Shown one piece after another: positions 8,472 through 15,997 of a stretch of 40,000 nt of DNA. The first letter of the stretch is position 1; each line of letters begins with the position of its first letter. The notes under the pieces were generated by a model. It ran no database searches, had not been told where the DNA came from, and was given only the letters and a program-made list of their open reading frames with translations. The position numbers were made by a program, and so were the translations under genes. Source of the stretch: Streptomyces sp. NPDC005262 (GTDB lineage Bacteria > Actinomycetota > Actinomycetes > Streptomycetales > Streptomycetaceae); assembly GCF_042872425.1 (NCBI RefSeq), contig NZ_JBIAKK010000002.1, positions 224,785-264,784 on the forward strand, given 5' to 3'.

Positions 8472-9248
8472 GTGTACGACCTTGATACGCGCAAGCGCGC
8501 TCTGGATCTCATCGCCCAGGGTTTCAGTCAGAACTCCGTAAGCAAACAGACCGGCATCTCCCGGGCTGCCATCCGTTCGTGGCAAACACGAATAGAACCC
8601 CTCGGCTGGAACCGCGCCGCTGATTGTCCAAGGTGCGACGACCCACCGAGCGATCCCGAAGACCCCGCCGCTTATTCCTATTTGCTCGGCCTCTATCTCG
8701 GCGACGGCTGCATCACCCACGCGAGAAGGGGCGTGTACTTCCTGCGTATTGCCTGCGCCGATGCCTGGCCCGGCCTCATCGACGCCTGCGCCGAAGCCAT
8801 GCAGCTCGTGCGCCCTGGCAACAAAGTGTTCCGGGTTCAGCGTCAGGGCTGCCAGAACGTGACCTGCTACAGCAAGCACTGGCCCTGCCTCTTCCCCCAG
8901 CACGGCCCAGGCAGGAAGCACAACCGCGAGATCGCTCTCGAGCCCTGGCAACAGAAGATCGTGGACGCTCACCCGTGGGAACTCATCCGCGGCCTGATTC
9001 ACTCCGACGGATGTCGCATCACCAACTGGACCACCCGACTCATCGCCGGTGAGCGGAAGCGTTACGAATACCCCCGGTACTTCTTCACCAACAAGTCGGA
9101 CGACATCCGCAAGCTGTTCAGCGACACCCTCACCGCCGTCGGGGTCGAGTGGACGACCCTCTCACGCGGGGGCAACCCGCTCAACATCTCCGTCGCCCGA
9201 CGGGCGTCCGTCGCTCTCATGGACGCTCACGTCGGGCCGAAGCACTGA
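8472..9248 (+). CDS. HTH plus double-LAGLIDADG homing-endonuclease-like protein
   Basis: 258 aa. The N-terminal HTH is QNSVSKQTGISRAAIRSW, followed by a CPRC knuckle. Two LAGLIDADG-like motifs, YLLGLYLGDGC (nt 8679-8711) and LIRGLIHSDGC (nt 8982-9014), lie about 100 aa apart. GC and codon usage are visibly lower than in the flanking genes. Confidence 0.65.
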   Translation: MYDLDTRKRALDLIAQGFSQNSVSKQTGISRAAIRSWQTRIEPLGWNRAADCPRCDDPPSDPEDPAAYSYLLGLYLGDGCITHARRGVYFLRIACADAWPGLIDACAEAMQLVRPGNKVFRVQRQGCQNVTCYSKHWPCLFPQHGPGRKHNREIALEPWQQKIVDAHPWELIRGLIHSDGCRITNWTTRLIAGERKRYEYPRYFFTNKSDDIRKLFSDTLTAVGVEWTTLSRGGNPLNISVARRASVALMDAHVGPKH

Positions 9249-9256
9249 CGACCGAG

Positions 9257-10690
9257 CTACTTGGGGCTGTCGTCCTCGCCGATGTGGTGCACGCGTACCA
9301 GGTTCGTCGATCCCGCGACGCCGGGCGGGGAGCCGGCCGTGATGACCACGATGTCGCCCTTCTCGCAGCGGCCGATCCGCAGGAGTTCCTCGTCGACCTG
9401 GGCGACCATGGCGTCCGTGGACTCGACGTGCGGGCCGAGGAAGGTCTCGACGCCCCACGTGAGGTTCAGCTGGGAGCGGGTGGCCGGGTCCGGGGTGAAG
9501 GCCAGCAGCGGGATGGGTGAGCGGTAGCGGGAGAGTCGCTTGACGGTGTCGCCGCTCTGGGTGAAGGCGACGAGGAACTTCGCGCCGAGGAAGTCGCCCA
9601 TCTCGGCGGCCGCGCGGGCGACCGCGCCGCCTTGGGTGCGGGGCTTGTTGCGGTCGGTGAGCGGGGGCAGGCCCTTGGCGAGGATGTCTTCCTCGGCGGC
9701 TTCGACGATGCGGGACATCGTGCGGACCGTTTCGATGGGGTATTTGCCGACGCTGGTCTCGCCGGAGAGCATGACCGCGTCGGTGCCGTCGATGACGGCG
9801 TTGGCGACGTCGGAGGCTTCGGCGCGGGTGGGCCGGGAGTTGTCGATCATCGAGTCGAGCATCTGGGTGGCGACGATGACCGGTTTGGCGTTGCGCTTGG
9901 CGAGTTTGATGGCGCGCTTCTGGACGATCGGGACTTGTTCGAGGGGCATTTCGACGCCGAGGTCGCCGCGAGCGACCATGATGCCGTCGAATGCGGCGAC
10001 GATGTCGTCGATGTTCTCGACGGCCTGGGGTTTTTCGACTTTGGCGATGACGGGTAGGCGACGGCCTTCTTCGTCCATGATGCGGTGGACGTCGTCGATG
10101 TCTTGTCCGCTGCGTACGAAGGAGAGGGCGATGATGTCGGCGCCGGTGCGCAGGGCCCAGCGGAGGTCTTCGATGTCCTTGTCGGAGAGTGCGGGGACGG
10201 AGACGGCGACGCCGGGGAGGTTGAGGCCTTTGTTGTCGGAGACCATGCCTCCTTCGATGACGGTGGTGTGGACGCGGGGGCCGTCGACGTGGGTGACTTC
10301 GAGGGTGACGCGGCCGTCGTCGACGAGGATGCGTTCGCCGGTGGTGACGTCGGTGTGGAGGCCTTCGTAGGTGGTGCCGCAGGTGTTGCGGTCGCCTTCG
10401 GTGGGTTCGACGGTGATGGTGAAGGTGTCGCCGCGTTCAAGGAGTACGGGGCCTTCGCGGAAGCGGCCGAGGCGGATCTTCGGGCCTTGAAGGTCGGCGA
10501 GGATGCCGACGCTGCGTCCGGTTTCGTCGGAGGCTTTGCGTACGTGGCGGTAGCGCTGTTCGTGTTCGGCGTAGGAGCCGTGGCTGAGGTTGAAGCGGGC
10601 GATGTCCATTCCGGCTTCGACGAGTGCCTTGATCTGCTCGTATGTGTCGGTGGCGGGGCCCAGGGTGCAGACGATTTTTGCTCGGCGCAT
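9257..10690 (-). CDS. pyk: Pyruvate kinase
   Basis: 477 aa. MRRAKIVCTLGPAT...FNLSHG...GPKIRLG...MVARGDLGVEMP...VIVATQMLDSM are hallmark pyruvate kinase motifs. Confidence 0.95.
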   Translation of the reverse strand: MRRAKIVCTLGPATDTYEQIKALVEAGMDIARFNLSHGSYAEHEQRYRHVRKASDETGRSVGILADLQGPKIRLGRFREGPVLLERGDTFTITVEPTEGDRNTCGTTYEGLHTDVTTGERILVDDGRVTLEVTHVDGPRVHTTVIEGGMVSDNKGLNLPGVAVSVPALSDKDIEDLRWALRTGADIIALSFVRSGQDIDDVHRIMDEEGRRLPVIAKVEKPQAVENIDDIVAAFDGIMVARGDLGVEMPLEQVPIVQKRAIKLAKRNAKPVIVATQMLDSMIDNSRPTRAEASDVANAVIDGTDAVMLSGETSVGKYPIETVRTMSRIVEAAEEDILAKGLPPLTDRNKPRTQGGAVARAAAEMGDFLGAKFLVAFTQSGDTVKRLSRYRSPIPLLAFTPDPATRSQLNLTWGVETFLGPHVESTDAMVAQVDEELLRIGRCEKGDIVVITAGSPPGVAGSTNLVRVHHIGEDDSPK

Positions 10691-11086
10691 GGTTTGAGCC
10701 TAGACCTTACCTACGGGTAGCGATTTGGGTCTGCGTGTCGACTCAACAACCTTTGGGTGAAGGCTTTTTGACAAGGGTTGAATTGTGCACGGGGGCGCTC
10801 TGATGAGCATTCTGTTCATAGTTTTTGGGGTGTCGTGGTGAGGCGGGGGTTCACCTCGGCGTGGTGGTGGCGGTGCCGGTATCGGGGGTCGGGTTCGAGG
10901 TTCGCCGCGGCCGGCGAGGCGTGGGTGGTCGGGGGTGCCGTAGGGGGCTGGTGTGTGGGTCGTGCGGCAGTTGCGGCATCGGGGGTGTGAGCCGTGTGGT
11001 CATCAGATAGAAACCTGCGGGGGGTGTTGCCGGGTGCGGCTGGTGGGTCATTATCTACGCGCGTTGTGTACTGCGAGATCTGATCT

Positions 11087-12898
11087 GTGGGAGACGAGAT
11101 GCCGCTGAACCGTAGGACGTTCCTGGGCACATCGGCTGCGGCCGGGGCCGGTGTGGCGATGGCTGGGGGTGTGGCTGTGCCTGCCGAGGCTCACGGTCGT
11201 GGTCATGGACGTCCGCCGAAGCGGTATTCGTTCACGGTGATGGGTACGACCGATCTGCACGGGAATGTCTTCAACTGGGACTACTTCACGGACAAGGAGT
11301 TCGACGACAAGGCGCACAACGACGTGGGTCTGGCGAAGATCTCGACCCTGGTGGACCAGGTCCGTGCGGAGAAGGGCCGGCACAACACCCTGATGATCGA
11401 TGCGGGTGACACGATCCAGGGAACTCAGTTGTCGTACTACTACGCGAAGATCGATCCGATCACGGCGAAGCGTGGTCCGGTGCATCCCATGGCGCAGGCG
11501 ATGAACGCGATCGGGTATGACGCGGCAGCGCTGGGCAACCATGAGTTCAACTACGGCATTCCGGTGCTGCGGAAGTTCGAGGAGCAGTGTGATTTTCCGC
11601 TGCTGGGTGCGAATGCGCTGGATGCGAAGACGTTGCGGCCGGCGTTCGCTCCGTATGTGATCAAGCGGATGCGTACGCCGCACGGTCCGGATGTGAGGGT
11701 GGCGATTCTGGGTCTGACGAACCCGGGGATCGCGATCTGGGACAAGGTGAATGTCAGCGGCAAGATGGTGTTCCCGGGGCTGGAGGAGCAGGCGGCGAAG
11801 TTCGTGCCGCGGCTTCGGTCCATGGGGGCGGATGTCGTGATCGTGTCGGCGCACTCGGGGACCAGCGGGACGTCGTCGTACGGCGATCAGGTTCCGTACG
11901 TGGAGAACGCGGCGGCTCTGGTGGCGGAGCAGGTGCCGGGTATCGATGCGATTCTGGTCGGCCATGCCCATCTGGAGATCCCCGAGTACTTCGTGGAGAA
12001 CAAGGAGACGGGCAAGAAGGTGGTGCTCTCCGAGCCGTTGAAGTGGGGGCAGCGGCTGACGCTGTTCGACTTCGATCTGGTGTGGGAGAAGGGTCGCTGG
12101 GTGGTGGAGCGTGCCGGTTCGCAGGTGCTGAACTCCAACACGGTGGCCGAGGACCCGAAGATCACTGGCCTGCTGGCCGATGAGCACAAGAAGGTCGTCG
12201 CGTACGTCAATCAGGTCATCGGTACGTCGACGGTGGCGATGACGACGGCGGAGGCGGCGTGGAAGGACGAGCCGATCATTGATCTGATCAATGTGGTTCA
12301 GGCGGAGACGGTGAAGGCTGCTCTGGCTGGTGGCGAGTACGCGTCGCTTCCGGTGTTGTCGCAGGCGTCGTGTTTCTCGCGTACGGCGCAGATTCCGGCC
12401 GGCGACGTGACGATCAAGGATGCGGCGGGGCTGTATCCGTTCGAGAACACGCTTGAGGCCCGGCTGTTGACGGGTGCGCAGATCAGGGACTATCTGGAGT
12501 TCTCGGCGCGGTATTACGTGCAGACGGCGGCTGATGCTCCGGTGGATACGGCGAAGTTGACGAATGCGGACAACACGCCGGATTACAACTACGACGCGGT
12601 GTCGGGTCTGACGTACGACATCGATATCGCGAAGCCGAACGGTTCGCGGATTGTGAATCTGTCGTTCGAGGGCAAGGCGATCGATCCGGCGGCTCAGTTC
12701 GTGCTGGCCGTGAACAACTATCGGGCGAGCGGTGGCGGTAATTTCCCGCATGTGCCGGGTGCGAAGCAGGTGTGGGCGAATTCGGAGGAGATCCGCAACA
12801 CGATCATTGCGTGGGTGCAGGCGAAGGGTTCGGTGGACGGTTCTCAGTTCGCTTCGGTGGACTGGCGGCTGACGCGGGACGGTAAGCCGGTGTTCTAG
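11087..12898 (+). CDS. Secreted bifunctional metallophosphatase/5'-nucleotidase (CpdB/UshA-like)
   Basis: Tat-type signal NRRTFLGTSAAAGAGVAMAGG...AEA. Metallophosphoesterase motifs GTTDLHG, DAGDTIQG and GNHEFN. C-terminal 5'-nucleotidase domain. ATG 11099 is a likely alternative start. Confidence 0.85.
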   Translation: MGDEMPLNRRTFLGTSAAAGAGVAMAGGVAVPAEAHGRGHGRPPKRYSFTVMGTTDLHGNVFNWDYFTDKEFDDKAHNDVGLAKISTLVDQVRAEKGRHNTLMIDAGDTIQGTQLSYYYAKIDPITAKRGPVHPMAQAMNAIGYDAAALGNHEFNYGIPVLRKFEEQCDFPLLGANALDAKTLRPAFAPYVIKRMRTPHGPDVRVAILGLTNPGIAIWDKVNVSGKMVFPGLEEQAAKFVPRLRSMGADVVIVSAHSGTSGTSSYGDQVPYVENAAALVAEQVPGIDAILVGHAHLEIPEYFVENKETGKKVVLSEPLKWGQRLTLFDFDLVWEKGRWVVERAGSQVLNSNTVAEDPKITGLLADEHKKVVAYVNQVIGTSTVAMTTAEAAWKDEPIIDLINVVQAETVKAALAGGEYASLPVLSQASCFSRTAQIPAGDVTIKDAAGLYPFENTLEARLLTGAQIRDYLEFSARYYVQTAADAPVDTAKLTNADNTPDYNYDAVSGLTYDIDIAKPNGSRIVNLSFEGKAIDPAAQFVLAVNNYRASGGGNFPHVPGAKQVWANSEEIRNTIIAWVQAKGSVDGSQFASVDWRLTRDGKPVF

Positions 12899-12912
12899 CG
12901 GTTCTGTGGTTG

Positions 12913-12949
12913 AGCGGCCGTCTCCTTTCCGGGAGGCGGCCGCTTTTTT
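12913..12949 (+). terminator. Rho-independent terminator after the nucleotidase gene
   Basis: A 13-bp stem pairs agcggccgtctcc with ggaggcggccgct (one G-U). The loop is tttccg. A TTTTTT run at 12944-12949 follows. Confidence 0.7.
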
Positions 12950-12961
12950 GTGCGCTGTGGG

Positions 12962-14383
12962 TCAGTTGCCGTGGACGAGGGGGATGAGGCCGGGGTGCTG
13001 GTGGGGGATTTTGGGGGTGTTCTGGGGGGTGAGGCCGAAGGTGGTGAAGGCGGTGCGTTGTGGGAGGGGGTAGGCGTTGGTGTCGGTGAGGTTGTTGAGG
13101 ATGGTGGCGCTGCGCCAGGCGGCGAGTCCGAGGTCGGGGGCGCCGACTCCGTGGGTGTGGCGTTCGGCGTTCTGTACGTAGACGTTTCCGGTGACGGTGG
13201 GGTCGAGTTCGAGGCGGAAGTGGTCGTCGATGCGGGGGCGTCCGCCGGTGTCGCGGCGGATGTGGGGGGCGAGGCCGGTGAGGATGCGGTCGAGGGGGCG
13301 TTCGCGGTAGCCGGTGGCGAGGACGACTGCGTCGGTGGTGAGGCGGGTGCGGGTGCCTTGTTGGGTGTGTTCGAGGTGGAGTTCGACGCGGGTGTTGGCG
13401 AGGCGGCCTGCGGTGCGTACGTGGACGCCGGGGGTGAGGGTGGTGTCGGGCCAGCCGCCGTGGAGCGTGCGTCGGTAGAGCTCGTCGTGGATGGCGGCGA
13501 TCGTGTCGGCGTCGATGCCTTTGTGGAGTTGCCATTGGTGGGGGACGAGTTCGTCGCGTACGTGTTCGGGGAGTGCGTGGAAGTAGCGGCTGTAGTCGGG
13601 GGTGAAGTGTTCGAGGCCGAGTTTGGAGTACTCCATGGGGGCGAAGGCGTGGGTGCGGGCGAGCCAGTGGAGTTTTTCGTGTCCGGCGGGGCGTGCGCGG
13701 AGGAGGTCGAGGAAGATTTCGGCGCCTGACTGGCCGGAGCCGATGACGGTGATGTGTTCGGCTTCGAGGAGTTGCCGGCGGTGGTGGAGGTAGTCGGCGG
13801 AGTGGATGACGGGGACGGTTTCGGCTTCGGCGAGGGGTTTGAGGGGGTCGGGGATGAAGGGTTCGGTGCCGATGCCGAGGGCGATGTGGCGGGTGTAGGC
13901 GCGGCCGAGGGCTTCGGCTTCGCCGTGGGTGTCGAGTTGGGTGAAGTCGACTTCGAAGAGTTGGCGTTCGGGGTTCCAGCGGACGGCGTCGACCTGGTGG
14001 CTGAAGTGGAGTCCGGGGAGTTGGTCGGTGACCCAGCGGCAGTAGGCGTCGTATTCGGCTCGTTGGATGTGGAATCGCTCGGCGAAATAGAAGGGGAAGA
14101 GGCGGTCGCGGCTGCGTAGGTAGTTGAGGAAGGTCCAGGGGCTTGCGGGGTCGGCGAGGGTGACCAGGTCGGCGAGGAAGGGGACTTGGAGGCTGGCGCC
14201 GTCGATGAGGAGGCCGGGGTGCCAGTGGAAGGCGGGGCGTTGTTCGTAGAAGGTCGCCGCGAGGGGGTGGGGGTTGCCGGGGATGCCGTGGGCGAGGGCG
14301 GCGAGGGAGAGGTTGAAGGGGCCGATGCCGATGCCGACGAGGTCGTGTGGCTGGTCGGGGTCGGGGCTGGGTCGGTCGGTCAT
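12962..14383 (-). CDS. Lysine/ornithine (alkyl-diamine) N-monooxygenase, IucD/DesB family
   Basis: This is the C-terminal 473 codons of the listed 1001-aa ORF, starting at ATG 14383 (MTDRPSPDPDQPHDLVGIGIGPFNLSLAA...). It has an FAD motif and the NADPH motif VIGSGQSGAE. The start overlaps the upstream gene's stop (ATGA). Confidence 0.85.
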   Translation of the reverse strand: MTDRPSPDPDQPHDLVGIGIGPFNLSLAALAHGIPGNPHPLAATFYEQRPAFHWHPGLLIDGASLQVPFLADLVTLADPASPWTFLNYLRSRDRLFPFYFAERFHIQRAEYDAYCRWVTDQLPGLHFSHQVDAVRWNPERQLFEVDFTQLDTHGEAEALGRAYTRHIALGIGTEPFIPDPLKPLAEAETVPVIHSADYLHHRRQLLEAEHITVIGSGQSGAEIFLDLLRARPAGHEKLHWLARTHAFAPMEYSKLGLEHFTPDYSRYFHALPEHVRDELVPHQWQLHKGIDADTIAAIHDELYRRTLHGGWPDTTLTPGVHVRTAGRLANTRVELHLEHTQQGTRTRLTTDAVVLATGYRERPLDRILTGLAPHIRRDTGGRPRIDDHFRLELDPTVTGNVYVQNAERHTHGVGAPDLGLAAWRSATILNNLTDTNAYPLPQRTAFTTFGLTPQNTPKIPHQHPGLIPLVHGN

Positions 14384-15819
14384 CGGGGTGTGCTGCCTTT
14401 CTTGAGGTCGTGGGCGAGGTGGGTGATGTGGTCGAGGAGGGTTTGGAGGTCGTCGGAGGTGGTGTGGGGGTTCAGGAGGGTGGCTTTGAGCCAGAGGCCG
14501 TTGTGGGTGTGGGCGCGGCCGAGGACGGCTTGGCCGTTGGTGAGGAGGGTGCGGCGGATGGTGGCGACGGTGTGGTCGTCGGTGTGGGTGGGGCGGAAGA
14601 GGACGGTGGTGATGGTGGGGCGGTCGTAGAGGTCGAGGGTGGGGGTGTGGGTGATGAGGTCGGCGAGGTGGTGGGCGGTGTCGATGGTGCGGTCGATGAG
14701 GTCGGCGAGTCCGGTGCGGCCGAGGGCTTGGAGGGTGACGGCGATTTTGAGGGCGTCGGGTCGGCGGGTGGTGCGTAGGGAGCGGCCGAGGAGGTCGGGG
14801 AGGCCGGCTTCGGTGTCGTCGTGGGCGTTGAGGTAGGGGGCTTGGTGGTGGAGGGCTTCGAGGTGGTGGTGGTCGGGGACGGCGAGGATGCCTGCGGGGG
14901 CGGGTTGCCAGCCGAGTTTGTGGAGGTCGAGGGTGACGCTGTGGGCGCGGTGGAGGCCGTGGAGTTTGGTGCGGTGGGTGGGGCTGAAGAGGAGGGGGCC
15001 GCCGTAGGCGGCGTCGATGTGGAGTTCGGCGCCATAGGTGGTGCAGAGGTCGGCGATGTCGTTCAGGGGGTCGATCTGGCCGGTGTCGGTGGTGCCTGCG
15101 GTGGCGGTGACGAGGAGACGTTGGTGGTGGTGTCGGCTGAGGGTGTTTTCGAGTGCGGTGAGGTCCATGACGCCGGTGGGGGCGGGGATGGTGAGGGGTT
15201 CGGGGAGGCCGAGGAGCCAGGTGGCGCGGTTGATGCTGTGGTGGGCGTTGGTGGCGCAGATGGTCTGTACGGGGCCGTGGCGTTCGCGGGCGAGGAGGAG
15301 GGCGAGTTGGTTGGCTTCGGTGCCGCCGGTGGTGATGAGGGCGTCGGGGTGGGGGTGGTGGGGGTAGATCTCGTGGGCGAGTGCGGTGGTGGTGGCGGCT
15401 TCGAGGGCTGAGGCGGCGGGTGCTTGGTCCCAGGAGTCCATGGAGGGGTTGAGGGCGGAGGCGGCGAGGTCGGCTGCGGTGGCGAGGGCGAGGGGTGGGG
15501 TGTGGAGGTGGGCTGTGCAGTGGGGGTGTGCGGGGTCCGCGGAGCCTTGGGTGAGTGCGGTGACGAGGGTGCGCAGGGCGTGGTGGGGGCCGGTGCCCTG
15601 GTCGGGGATGACGGGGTGGGTGGCGGCGTGTATGCGGGTGGTGGTGGTCGGGGGTCCGCCGGCGGGGATGGGGCCGTTTCTTCGGTGGGCTCCGTCGTGG
15701 AGTGCGGTGAGGACGGTGTCGAGGAGGGGGCGCAGGGCGTCGGGTCCGGTGGTGGATCCGGCGAGGGGTGGGGTGGGCATGGGTGGTGGGGCCCTTCGGG
15801 TGCGCGCATGGGTGGACAT
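14380..15819 (-). CDS. PLP-dependent group II decarboxylase (DesA / diaminobutyrate-lysine decarboxylase-like)
   Basis: 479 aa. Motifs are TTGGTEANQLALLLAR and the PLP-lysine motif SVTLDLHKLGWQP. An alternative start is ATG 15780. It is translationally coupled to the monooxygenase. Confidence 0.8.
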   Translation of the reverse strand: MSTHARTRRAPPPMPTPPLAGSTTGPDALRPLLDTVLTALHDGAHRRNGPIPAGGPPTTTTRIHAATHPVIPDQGTGPHHALRTLVTALTQGSADPAHPHCTAHLHTPPLALATAADLAASALNPSMDSWDQAPAASALEAATTTALAHEIYPHHPHPDALITTGGTEANQLALLLARERHGPVQTICATNAHHSINRATWLLGLPEPLTIPAPTGVMDLTALENTLSRHHHQRLLVTATAGTTDTGQIDPLNDIADLCTTYGAELHIDAAYGGPLLFSPTHRTKLHGLHRAHSVTLDLHKLGWQPAPAGILAVPDHHHLEALHHQAPYLNAHDDTEAGLPDLLGRSLRTTRRPDALKIAVTLQALGRTGLADLIDRTIDTAHHLADLITHTPTLDLYDRPTITTVLFRPTHTDDHTVATIRRTLLTNGQAVLGRAHTHNGLWLKATLLNPHTTSDDLQTLLDHITHLAHDLKKGSTPR

Positions 15820-15931
15820 GCCAGCTTGTCCGGGTTTCTGGTGGCGCGGCCGGTGAGCGTGGTGATCTGAACTCGAAAGGGGGACGGGTGGTGGGGGGTG
15901 GGGGGTTGTCGCAGGTGCTGGTGGTATGGGT

Positions 15932-15967
15932 GTGCCCGGCGACTCCCCTTGGGGTGGCGCCGGGCAC
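15932..15967 (-). terminator. Hairpin 30 nt downstream of the pepN stop
   Basis: gtgcccggcg (15932-15941) pairs perfectly with cgccgggcac (15958-15967). The loop itself contains cccc..gggg. Confidence 0.55.
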
Positions 15968-15997
15968 GGGTGCTGCGGTGTGTGTGGGTGTGGTGGG

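Noticed and set aside
9256-9268. Possible att-like repeat of the tRNA 3' end (ACTCGGGGC at 8354-8362 versus ACTTGGGGC at 9259-9267) bracketing the LAGLIDADG patch
   Set aside because: It is only an 8/9 match of 9 nt. It lies within the pyk stop-codon region, and no integrase is present. This is too short to distinguish from chance in GC-rich DNA.
15820-15931. Iron-box (DmdR/IdeR) operator upstream of the decarboxylase/N-hydroxylase pair
   Set aside because: I looked for a TTAGGTTAGGCTAACCTAA-like palindrome and found none by eye. The region is G/T-rich with no AT-rich dyad. The absence is reported, not a feature.
12962-15967. 1001-aa ORF that would span both the monooxygenase and decarboxylase regions as one giant protein
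   Set aside because: Only the last 473 codons (from ATG 14383) look like a real protein of the IucD/DesB family. The upstream 528 codons are Pro/Arg/His low-complexity read in a frame overlapping the genuine decarboxylase ORF (14380-15819). The frame stays open because the strand is so G-poor.
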